A stretch of DNA of 64,000 bases from a virus. The notes beneath the pieces are model-generated. The model saw only the letters and a program-made list of their open reading frames with translations. It ran no database searches and was not told the origin of the DNA. Shown here piece by piece: positions 16,582 through 23,638 of the stretch (positions within the stretch are counted from its first letter, which is position 1; every line of letters begins with the position of its first letter). The stretch spans positions 1 to 64,000 of the IMG/VR virus record IMGVR_UViG_3300002520_000024. The stretch is one strand, 5' to 3'. A program made the translations under genes and the position numbers.

Positions 16582-17368
16582 TGGCATGGCGCTTGCATGG
16601 GTCGGGGGGCGACAGGCAAGAGCTGTGCCAAGTTCGCGCCATGCAAAAGGAAAGGCGAGCCAGAAAATCGGTATGCAAAGCCCGTGCCAAAATGGCGGGC
16701 TACCCCTCGCAGAAAAAACGGGGGCATGCAAGAGACGTGCCAACATAGGCGGATCCCTCCCTAGACATTTTAGGGACACAAACCCAAGCAAGGGCCGTGC
16801 CAGTTTTTTACTTTTCTTGCCAGGTAGCCAAAAAAACCGCCAGCCCAGCAAAAAGCGTGCCAAGACGCAACGCCGAAAAAAGGGCGAGCATCCACAGCAA
16901 ATAACATGCCAAGATCACCATGATCCGGCCTCCATTAGATCGGTTTCCTAGTGCCGATAACCCTAGCCCAATGGCAAGAAAAAACCAGTGATCGGCGTCA
17001 CATTTTCACCCTGTAAAGGCTAAAAACTTTTGCCGTCAAAAACCGTGCCAACAATGCACCGTTTTTGTGATTCACGTCAAATACTTAACACACAAGGAAA
17101 AACGGGGGCCGTACCATGCAAAAACGGGGCCAGATCACCCCCTATAGAGCAGGATCTCCAACGTATGCAAACCCCGTGCCAACCCATGCCGAAAATCGGG
17201 GCCGACTGGCCGATCATAGTAGTGCATCTAGTAAGAGATCTGATCCCTTTGCGGTAGCAAATTACGTGCCACAAATAAAACTTTCCTCCTCCAGATCGCT
17301 TGTCCCGTGCGCCGCTTCCTTGCACCATGAAAATAATAACGCGCCTTCTCCATGCAAGGCCCGTGCCA
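16582..17368. repeat. tandem array of sigma54 -24/-12 consensus-like elements (iteron-like)
   Basis: Eleven minus-strand copies start at 16615, 16674, 16727, 16787, 16847, 16896, 17035, 17117, 17166, 17256 and 17353 (16 nt each). One plus-strand copy lies at 16582-16597. No credible ORF in the region. Confidence 0.7.
16960..17002 (-). promoter_or_regulatory. possible class-II-type promoter inside the repeat array
   Basis: Dyad AGTGATCGGCGTCACA at 16987-17002. Weak -10 TAGGGT at 16960-16965, 29 nt from the centre. Confidence 0.4.
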
Positions 17369-17399
17369 CGTCACGGATTTTCTACGCCGTGAAAAACTT

Positions 17400-17461
17400 T
17401 GTGACGCCGCTCACACTTTTTTACTTTGTCGCCTTGCGCCTTCTTTTTTCTTGCCTATAGT
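17400..17461 (+). promoter_or_regulatory. sigma70-like promoter with upstream CRP-like dyad (class-I-like position)
   Basis: Dyad TGTGACGCCGCTCACA at 17400-17415. TTGCGC (17434-17439), 16-nt spacer, TATAGT (17456-17461). Dyad centre is at about -60. Confidence 0.45.
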
Positions 17462-17511
17462 CAAAGGGCACTAAGGCGAACCCGCCACAACCACGAAAAG
17501 GAAATCTGACC

Positions 17512-17772
17512 ATGAAAGCAAAAGAAGTTATCCAGACCTTGGGCCGCCAAACCCGCAACGCCGCTTTTGTCGAGTGCCTGCCCGTGTCCCTTCTTTTTGG
17601 TGACACCTCCACCACTTATCTCGGTGGCGAGGCCGTACCGCCCAGCGCCAAATATCCGACCCGCGCACAATTCAAAATCCGTGCCAAGGTTGCGGCGCTG
17701 GTCGGTTGCTCCACGGGCGACTTTGAGGCCATCGATCGCCACCTCAACAACGCCGCCAGTTACCGCGCATAA
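17512..17772 (+). CDS. hypothetical protein
   Basis: 86-aa ORF. RBS AAAGGAAA. Confidence 0.55.
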   Translation: MKAKEVIQTLGRQTRNAAFVECLPVSLLFGDTSTTYLGGEAVPPSAKYPTRAQFKIRAKVAALVGCSTGDFEAIDRHLNNAASYRA

Positions 17773-17789
17773 GCAAAGGATGTGCCAAA

Positions 17790-17999
17790 ATGAAAAGCCT
17801 TGTTCAAGCCGTAGATCTGGGGACGGCTCCCCGTATGTTTGATCTCTACATTGGGCTGATCCGTGTCGGGTATGTCGGGCAGGTTGGCGAGTGCCGTTGG
17901 CGGGGCTGGTTCAACGGGCACGGGCAGATCGTGGGCGATACCCTTTTGCAAGTTTTGGGCCAAGCCGAAACCATCGCCCAAGAGGGGGACAAGGCATGA
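17790..17999 (+). CDS. hypothetical protein
   Basis: 69-aa ORF. Confidence 0.5.
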   Translation: MKSLVQAVDLGTAPRMFDLYIGLIRVGYVGQVGECRWRGWFNGHGQIVGDTLLQVLGQAETIAQEGDKA

Positions 18000-18112
18000 T
18001 CGACAGTCTGGTTTTTCTGGCCCTCTTTGTGGGGTCGGTGATCGGGGCCGCTGTGACGGGCGGCCTAGTTCCGGCTCTGGTTGTGCTCGTGCTTTTCTCC
18101 ATCGCCGCCTAG
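17996..18112 (+). CDS. small membrane protein (38 aa)
   Basis: ATGA overlap with the upstream stop. Sequence MIDSLVFLALFVGSVIGAAVTGGLVPALVVLVLFSIAA. Confidence 0.4.
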   Translation: MIDSLVFLALFVGSVIGAAVTGGLVPALVVLVLFSIAA

Positions 18113-18340
18113 CAAAACCCGTGCCATCTTTTTATGCGCCGATCTGACTAGATCGCGCTATTCAATAGTTGAGAGGGGGCCTTTATGGTTATGGCGCAAC
18201 GGGGGGCCGATCGCTGTAATCGCGTCCTGCGCGTTTTGGCGAGGGCCGTTTTTGCCGATCGGGCCGTTTTTGGCCTGGCAACCTGGCACGGTTTTTGATC
18301 ACTGCTTATCCATTCATTTGGTTGCATAGACAAAAAACTA

Positions 18341-18401
18341 TGTGATCAACGTCACATTTTCTTTCTTTTCCCCGCGCAAGTTTTCGGGGCTTGGCTATAC
18401 T
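18341..18401 (+). promoter_or_regulatory. promoter with perfect CRP-type dyad upstream
   Basis: Dyad TGTGATCAACGTCACA at 18341-18356. -10 TATACT at 18396-18401. Dyad centre is at about -60. Confidence 0.4.
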
Positions 18402-18455
18402 TATCACATCAGGTAGGGAATGACTCCCCGCCGCACGTGAGAAGGAATGCCAGCC

Positions 18456-18680
18456 ATGAAAACCGTTCACACTATCTTGTCAGGCCTGCTAAACCCGTCA
18501 GTCTGCGAACTGGAGGAGGCCGCCTATCAGGTCGGTCGTTTCGAGCAGTCCGCTATTATGGATCCCGAGCTGGAGCGCCTGATCAGTGAGACTTATCCCG
18601 ACAGCGATCTGATCTGGTCTCGTTGCTATGACGCGCACCAGCAGGGCCGCGCTGACCAAGACGCCCAAGAAGCCGCCTAA
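18456..18680 (+). CDS. hypothetical protein
   Basis: ATG 18456 lies 9 nt after GAAGGA. Confidence 0.55.
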   Translation: MKTVHTILSGLLNPSVCELEEAAYQVGRFEQSAIMDPELERLISETYPDSDLIWSRCYDAHQQGRADQDAQEAA

Positions 18681-18721
18681 TCCGAATCAAAAACCGTACC
18701 AACTTTTAAGGAATCGATATC

Positions 18722-19483
18722 ATGAAAATGCCCGCCCTTGTCGAACTGAAAACCGCTGCCCCGTCCTTTGACCGTTGCGCCGAGATTGCAAGAGTCGTGC
18801 CACTTCAAGAAGGTTGCGAGCTGGTGATCACCGACACCATGATCCGCCTGATTGCCCAGAATGGGGCCGAGTTCACATTCTATCGGGGCGACTGTGCCCG
18901 CGCTGTGACTGAGGGCATGTTTACTTGCCTGATGGCTCTTCGTGCCGCGCCTGCTCCCCACTATGTCGAGATGGGGCGCAAGGGCGACAAGGTGAACACT
19001 CACAAGGTGATCGGCATTGACCACCGTCCGATCCTCCAGACTGAGGATGACTGCGAACTGTGCGACCCCGAGCAGGCGAACCTGTTTAGTGTCTATGTCG
19101 TGCTCGCCGTTGATGGCTGGGAACTTTCCTACCACTACGCCGATCACCAGACCCTTGACGCGGCAAAAGAGCAGGCCGATCTGTTGGCACAGGTTTTGAA
19201 TGTGGTTCACACCTACACCACCGAGAGCGAGGGGGAGCAAGTCCAGAGCGAGCCGGACGCTGACGGATTCGGGGCCGAGCATGATCGCGCCGTAGTCGAG
19301 GCCCTGATGCACATTGCCGAACACGGGGCGCAGGATCTGTCTATCCTGTCTCACGTGCTGGAGTACGATCTCACGTCTGCCGAGTGCAGCCTGATCGGGC
19401 GGTTCCGCCGTGGTGCCAACGTAGACGGGGATCACGCTGCCCTTGCCGCACTGGCCCAAGCCATCCAGAATGGCGAACGGTAA
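18722..19483 (+). CDS. hypothetical acidic protein
   Basis: 253-aa ORF. RBS AAGGAA. The antisense ORF 18677..19501 looks non-protein-like. Confidence 0.65.
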   Translation: MKMPALVELKTAAPSFDRCAEIARVVPLQEGCELVITDTMIRLIAQNGAEFTFYRGDCARAVTEGMFTCLMALRAAPAPHYVEMGRKGDKVNTHKVIGIDHRPILQTEDDCELCDPEQANLFSVYVVLAVDGWELSYHYADHQTLDAAKEQADLLAQVLNVVHTYTTESEGEQVQSEPDADGFGAEHDRAVVEALMHIAEHGAQDLSILSHVLEYDLTSAECSLIGRFRRGANVDGDHAALAALAQAIQNGER

Positions 19484-19504
19484 AAGCAAACCCCATGCCA
19501 ACTT

Positions 19505-19527
19505 GCCCGCCCTGTGCGGGCTTTTTT
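19505..19527 (+). terminator. rho-independent terminator
   Basis: GCCCGC-cctgt-GCGGGC followed by T6. Confidence 0.7.
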
Positions 19528-19654
19528 ACGTCCGGATTTTTCGGGGCTACCCTGGCCCGTTGGCATGATACTTGCTAGGCGCAATCACAGAAGAGTTGGC
19601 ATGCTTTTTGCGGGCCTACCCCCTCTCTCACAGATCTATGACAAAAGTTTTTTT

Positions 19655-19815
19655 GGGCGTGCGGGCGACGACGAAAAAATTATGGAAAATATTTTTAGGG
19701 GGCGTTGGGGTGTGTGAGGCGTGAAAAGATGTGGGGCGTGATGGCGTGGGGCGTGAAAAAACTATGGTCGTGACGGGGGCTCTGGGCGTGATAAATATTT
19801 TTGTGGCGGGCGTGG
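19655..19815. repeat. cluster of direct GGCGTGA-type repeats flanked by AT-rich tracts
   Basis: At least 8 copies of G(G)CGTG(A/G) in about 160 bp, e.g. GAGGCGTGAAAAG, GGGGCGTGATGG, GGGGCGTGAAAAA, GGTCGTGACGG and GGGCGTGATAAA. AT-rich tracts at 19671-19697 and 19791-19804. Confidence 0.5.
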
Positions 19816-19861
19816 GGCGGCGAGGGTCGATAAAAAGAGAGGCCAAACGAAAAACTGGTAA

Positions 19862-19891
19862 AAAATTTCGCTTGGCCATTGGCCAATAGGT
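19862..19891 (-). promoter_or_regulatory. conserved 30-nt element with TTGGCC/GGCCAA palindrome (terminator-like), copy 1
   Basis: AAAATTTCGCTTGGCCATTGGCCAATAGGT. Lies downstream of gene 19928..20401 on the minus strand. Confidence 0.4.
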
Positions 19892-19927
19892 AGGGACGAC
19901 TGGCCTACGGCCGTGACCAGCCAGCGG

Positions 19928-20401
19928 TTACTGCCTTGTAACCACACGGAGCAAGAAACGGTTATCTCCTTCGATGCAGAAGTTTTCTGTCACCATGTCC
20001 ACGTAGGCGCCAAAGGCGTGGTCGTATTTGAAACCGGTGCTCGCCATCCTGGAGAACGGTTGCAGATTTATCACGCTGCTACGCACGTTGCCAAACACCT
20101 CGTAGGGGTCGAAGCCACGACGACGCAGCAGGATGAAAGCCAGGTCCATAAGCATGCCGCGCAGCTGGTCTTCAGTGACATGCTCAGTGGCAGGCACGAC
20201 CAGCGACAGTTCTTCCAGGAACGGCTTAGTGTTTGCTGACGGCTCAAACTGCTTGCGGTAGCTCATGCGCAGGCCTGGATCACCATGTTCCAGCGCATAC
20301 TGCGTGAGGTGCGGTGGGCGCAGCGCCAGGCTCTTACCTTCAAAGAAGGCAAACGGGGCCATGTTCATTGCGATGTTGATGCTACTGCGGATAGTGCTCA
20401 T
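19928..20401 (-). CDS. hypothetical protein
   Basis: 157-aa ORF. RBS GGAG. Confidence 0.65.
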   Translation of the reverse strand: MSTIRSSINIAMNMAPFAFFEGKSLALRPPHLTQYALEHGDPGLRMSYRKQFEPSANTKPFLEELSLVVPATEHVTEDQLRGMLMDLAFILLRRRGFDPYEVFGNVRSSVINLQPFSRMASTGFKYDHAFGAYVDMVTENFCIEGDNRFLLRVVTRQ

Positions 20402-20403
20402 GG

Positions 20404-20877
20404 CTACGCTCCATTGACATTGCGCAGGCCATCACCCAGGTTGCTCAGGCGGTACTGCAGCTCCTCCTGGGTCACCTTGACGATATCGGTCTTCAGGATG
20501 TTGTAGACGGCGGTGCGGGCTGCGCTACCGGCAATCTCACCCAGGCGGGCAGACTGCTCAGCGACTGCGGTGTCTACAGCGGCGCGACCTTCCTTCTTGA
20601 TGGTATCGGCCACTGCTAATCGCCCACCTCGAATGGCTGAGCCTGCGCCGAAGTGCTTTTCCAGCTCGTCGCGCAGCATGCGGTTGGTGGCGTTGTTCTC
20701 CTCCTGCACGACCTGGCGCAGGAAAGCCTTGGCCTCGTCGCCCAAGGCATGCTTGACGAACTGCTTGGCGGCCATGGCGAGGGCAGCACGCTGGAGTTCG
20801 ACCCGGGCTTGGCTGCCCTCGGGGAACAGGACGTTGAGTGCTTCAGGTGTCAGCGCGATTACGGCGTTGGTGGACAT
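20404..20877 (-). CDS. hypothetical protein
   Basis: ATG 20877 (MSTNAV) preceded by AGAAGG. The longer version would run through the promoter. Confidence 0.65.
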   Translation of the reverse strand: MSTNAVIALTPEALNVLFPEGSQARVELQRAALAMAAKQFVKHALGDEAKAFLRQVVQEENNATNRMLRDELEKHFGAGSAIRGGRLAVADTIKKEGRAAVDTAVAEQSARLGEIAGSAARTAVYNILKTDIVKVTQEELQYRLSNLGDGLRNVNGA

Positions 20878-20915
20878 ACGGCGTACCTTCTGTTGGTGGT
20901 GTTTTCGATAGGGGG

Positions 20916-20958
20916 AGCATAGCAGCGGCCGGTGCCGGGATCTGCGAGGTGCGTCACA
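20916..20958 (-). promoter_or_regulatory. class-II-type promoter with CRP-like dyad
   Basis: Dyad TGCGAGGTGCGTCACA at 20943-20958. -10 TATGCT at 20916-20921, 29 nt from the centre. Confidence 0.55.
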
Positions 20959-20976
20959 GTCCTGGAAACCGGCCGG

Positions 20977-21005
20977 AAAATTTCGCTTGGCTGGCGCCAA
21001 TAGGT
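20977..21005 (-). promoter_or_regulatory. conserved element with TTGGC...GCCAA palindrome, copy 2
   Basis: AAAATTTCGCTTGGCTGGCGCCAATAGGT. Lies directly after the stop of 21008..21433. Confidence 0.4.
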
Positions 21006-21007
21006 GG

Positions 21008-21433
21008 TTACTTCTTGGATCGGTGTTTAGCGGCCTGCTCTCGGGCCATGGAATCCAGCCACTTCACCTTGCAGTAGGAGACATAGAGTGTGGTGCTGCG
21101 CTTGAGCACCCATCCCTTGGCGTCCTTGTCGTAGACCGTCAGGTCTAGCTTGCACAGGTAGGCCATGATGGCGCTCGGGGTGCGCTGCAGTGTCTCGGAC
21201 AGCTGCTCCACCGTGGCGCCCTCCTTGAACATCCTGACCAGCGTCTTGACCTCGGGGGCCAGCCAGTCGGTGTAAGCGTTGGGGTAGGCCTGCTTGGTCT
21301 TCCGGCGGGCCAGGTCAGCCTTGCGCACCACGTAGCCATACTCTGCCAGCACCTCGCGCACCTGCTGCACGTAGGCGAAGACCTCTGCGCTGGACATGTC
21401 CGGCTTAGCCGGCGGCGGGGTTACCTTCTCCAT
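21008..21433 (-). CDS. hypothetical protein, possible HTH
   Basis: 141-aa ORF. GATVEQLSETLQRTPSAIMAYL is HTH-like. Confidence 0.6.
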   Translation of the reverse strand: MEKVTPPPAKPDMSSAEVFAYVQQVREVLAEYGYVVRKADLARRKTKQAYPNAYTDWLAPEVKTLVRMFKEGATVEQLSETLQRTPSAIMAYLCKLDLTVYDKDAKGWVLKRSTTLYVSYCKVKWLDSMAREQAAKHRSKK

Positions 21434-21783
21434 CAGCAGGCCTCCGTGTATCCGTTGGTGACGGTGAGCCCCATCCCCTGGTAGAACTTCGTCAGCTGCT
21501 CTCGGTTGGGGCCGCCAATGTGATAGGGGGTAGCGCCGATGTAAATCTCGCCGTCGTGGCCCTTATCGCGGATCTGGCGGATCGCCTCTTCGAGCAGCTG
21601 ACGGGCCACACCCTGGCGCCGGTACTTGCAGTCCACGAACAGCGAGTGGATCAGCCACTCGATCCGGCCTTCCATCTCGAAGCTGTAATAGCTGACCTTG
21701 GCAGACTTGGCGTTCTCCAACCCGGCACAGCAGATAGTCCAGTTGTCGAGTGACAGGTTCTCTGGTTTGGTAATGAAGTGCAT
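21433..21783 (-). CDS. GNAT-family N-acetyltransferase
   Basis: Acetyl-CoA motif A: VDCKYRRQGVARQLLEEAI. ATG 21783 overlaps the upstream stop. Confidence 0.6.
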   Translation of the reverse strand: MHFITKPENLSLDNWTICCAGLENAKSAKVSYYSFEMEGRIEWLIHSLFVDCKYRRQGVARQLLEEAIRQIRDKGHDGEIYIGATPYHIGGPNREQLTKFYQGMGLTVTNGYTEAC

Positions 21784-22160
21784 CAGTAGATCCTCCGCTC
21801 TTGCTGGTTGCGCAGGTGGCACCAGCGGACGCCACGCATCAACAGATCCCGCTCGACGTGGCTGGTGGCATAGTTCGGTTGGTGGAAGCGTGACGTCCAG
21901 CGTGGGCGGTCGCCTGCCCCCTGCAAGGACAGAACCGGCTTGCGTGAGCCCAAGGGCTTCTGCATGTGGTCCTCACTACGGGGCCGCCCCTCAGCACGGT
22001 TCTTGCGTGCACACCACTCTCTGGCGATAGACAGGATCCATTTATCCTGAAGCGACATGCGCCCAACCACCTGGGGGTTTGCCCTGGCCCACCAGAATGC
22101 ACCGTTGGCGGATGGGCACAGGAAGATTACCGGTTTCCAGGCCTCAATGGATTCAGCCAT
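21783..22160 (-). CDS. hypothetical basic protein
   Basis: ATG 22160 (MAESIEAW) overlaps the end of the upstream gene. Confidence 0.55.
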   Translation of the reverse strand: MAESIEAWKPVIFLCPSANGAFWWARANPQVVGRMSLQDKWILSIAREWCARKNRAEGRPRSEDHMQKPLGSRKPVLSLQGAGDRPRWTSRFHQPNYATSHVERDLLMRGVRWCHLRNQQERRIY

Positions 22161-22650
22161 GATGCGCCCCCCGTTGAGACCACTGCAGGTCGTCGTTTTT
22201 GTGGGTTGCCGCCCAGGCCAGCTCAACCTGAAGATCTACCGACAGGTCATCGCCAACGCTCTGCCATTTGACAGGGCTGTGCGGGTTGAGGCTCGGGATC
22301 ACATGGCGGCCGGTGGCAAGCTCCGGGCAGATCTGGATGGCCAGCTTGCAAATCAACCAGCGCAGCAGCTTTTGCCTGTTGGGGTTTTGCCAAACTGTCT
22401 GGGTCAGCTTGTCTACGTTGTAGCCCTTGATGGGGTACATACCGGCATGCCCAAGCTGGGCATTCAGCGGCCAGTCCTCCCAAAGGTGCTGCAGCAGGTT
22501 CTTGGATTGGGTCGTCATCAGATAGTGGTCCCGCATCTCCAGCGCGTCGTTGACGTTGCTGCAGATCCCGCTATAAGGGTCGGGTATCTCGTTGTTGACC
22601 AGCAGCAAGGCATTCAGTGTGGTGAACAGCAGCTCACTGGTCATGATCAT
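22153..22650 (-). CDS. hypothetical protein
   Basis: ORF 22153..22713. Start uncertain: ATG 22650, GTG 22671 or TTG 22713. Confidence 0.55.
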   Translation of the reverse strand: MIMTSELLFTTLNALLLVNNEIPDPYSGICSNVNDALEMRDHYLMTTQSKNLLQHLWEDWPLNAQLGHAGMYPIKGYNVDKLTQTVWQNPNRQKLLRWLICKLAIQICPELATGRHVIPSLNPHSPVKWQSVGDDLSVDLQVELAWAATHKNDDLQWSQRGAHHG

Positions 22651-22681
22651 TGTCTGGATAGGCTTTTCCACGGTGACCACC

Positions 22682-23044
22682 TCAGAAATGGCGCTTGGCT
22701 TTCGGGGCGACAAAGCGATTTATCGGCACCAGTTTGATCCGCACATCCGGCCGCATCAGTCTGGCCTTTTGGCTCTTGCTGAGTCGCAGCGGGGTGATCT
22801 CATGCCAGCGATTGAAGAACTCGGATCTGACCTGGCTAAGCACACTGCCACCAAGCCCTACGCTATCCAACGCCACATACGCCGATCCTGGACGTGAGAG
22901 TTCCACTGCCTTGAGTATCAAGGTGACGCCGCAGCGCGGCAGGGTGATTCTGTAGAACTCCTCAGTGCCGTGGCCAGGAGCGTGCTCAGTGACGATGGTG
23001 AAGCGGCGGCGGTGGCCGTGCACAGCCTTGATAAGTGCTTTCAT
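22682..23044 (-). CDS. hypothetical protein
   Basis: ATG 23044 overlaps the upstream stop (ATGA). Alternative start at 23053. Confidence 0.55.
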   Translation of the reverse strand: MKALIKAVHGHRRRFTIVTEHAPGHGTEEFYRITLPRCGVTLILKAVELSRPGSAYVALDSVGLGGSVLSQVRSEFFNRWHEITPLRLSKSQKARLMRPDVRIKLVPINRFVAPKAKRHF

Positions 23045-23298
23045 AGTTGACACCCCTTGTTAACTTGGTCCATCCAGCGCATTGCCTCGAACAGCTCGTC
23101 GTAGGTTGTAGGCTTAGGGCAGCCTGCCGCTGTTGGTACCATGATGGTGTAGGTCACCGGCACCTTGCGATGGCCCACCTCTATGGTTTCTGATTTGGCT
23201 ATACCGAGGCCGAGGCTACAGCGAGCACCCATCCCCTGGGCACCGGTGAACGCTCGGCAGCCATCGCAGGTTTTGGCTTTTTTCATCTTCACAGGCAT
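23041..23298 (-). CDS. hypothetical Cys-containing protein
   Basis: ATG 23298 preceded by GGAGG. Contains CDGC...C...C. Confidence 0.6.
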   Translation of the reverse strand: MPVKMKKAKTCDGCRAFTGAQGMGARCSLGLGIAKSETIEVGHRKVPVTYTIMVPTAAGCPKPTTYDELFEAMRWMDQVNKGCQL

Positions 23299-23330
23299 AG
23301 GAACCTCCGTTATCGATGTGGCCACTTTAC

Positions 23331-23360
23331 AAAGAAAAAGGGGCTCTGTCTGAGAGCCCC
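23331..23360 (-). terminator. rho-independent terminator
   Basis: Minus strand reads GGGGCTCT-cagac-AGAGCCCC followed by TTTTTCTTT. Confidence 0.75.
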
Positions 23361-23377
23361 ATCACATATCTAGAACG

Positions 23378-23638
23378 TCACACCTTATCGATGTACTCGG
23401 TCAGCTCATTCGTCTGGAACAGGTACTCGATATAGGACTTCGGCACCGGCACGATCGCGCTCTGGTTGCTGCCTACGCCAACGGCTATGCGGTTGGTATC
23501 CTTGGCCTCAACATGCTGGTAAATCCGGAAGGTTGGGATCTGCGTGTCCTTGAACTCCTCCATGATGCAGAAGTGCTTGCTGCCATAGCACGGGCCAGAA
23601 AACATGATGAAGGAGCGAGGGAAGTCTTCGCTGGGCAT
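23378..23638 (-). CDS. hypothetical protein, or C-terminal part of the upstream gene
   Basis: 86-aa ORF with protein-like composition. Its frame stays open upstream of the ATG and overlaps the 3' tail of 23508..24653. Confidence 0.5.
   Translation of the reverse strand: MPSEDFPRSFIMFSGPCYGSKHFCIMEEFKDTQIPTFRIYQHVEAKDTNRIAVGVGSNQSAIVPVPKSYIEYLFQTNELTEYIDKV

Larger units (their letters stand above)
17671..19612. promoter_or_regulatory. dispersed sigma54-consensus-like elements
   Basis: Minus-strand copies at 17671-17686, 17772-17787, 18111-18126, 18686-18701 and 19485-19500. Plus-strand copies at 18284-18299, 19561-19576 and 19597-19612. Confidence 0.35.

Noticed and set aside
16440-17320. 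Apparent enrichment of GATC (Dam/SeqA-type) sites in the repeat region
   Set aside because: GATC also looks frequent throughout the rest of the window. Without a count against background I cannot claim local enrichment.
16582-17368. Possible CRISPR array (regularly spaced short repeats)
   Set aside because: The repeats are only about 16 nt with a variable central 4-5 nt, the spacing is irregular (49-139 bp), and no cas genes or leader are present. This does not fit CRISPR architecture.
16370-17460. Several 60-190-aa ORFs on both strands (e.g. 16370..16951 +, 16525..16863 -, 17116..17460 +) within the repeat region
   Set aside because: The translations are Arg/Pro/Gly-rich and low in complexity. 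They lack RBSs, overlap each other in all frames and are built from the repeat units. They are treated as non-coding.
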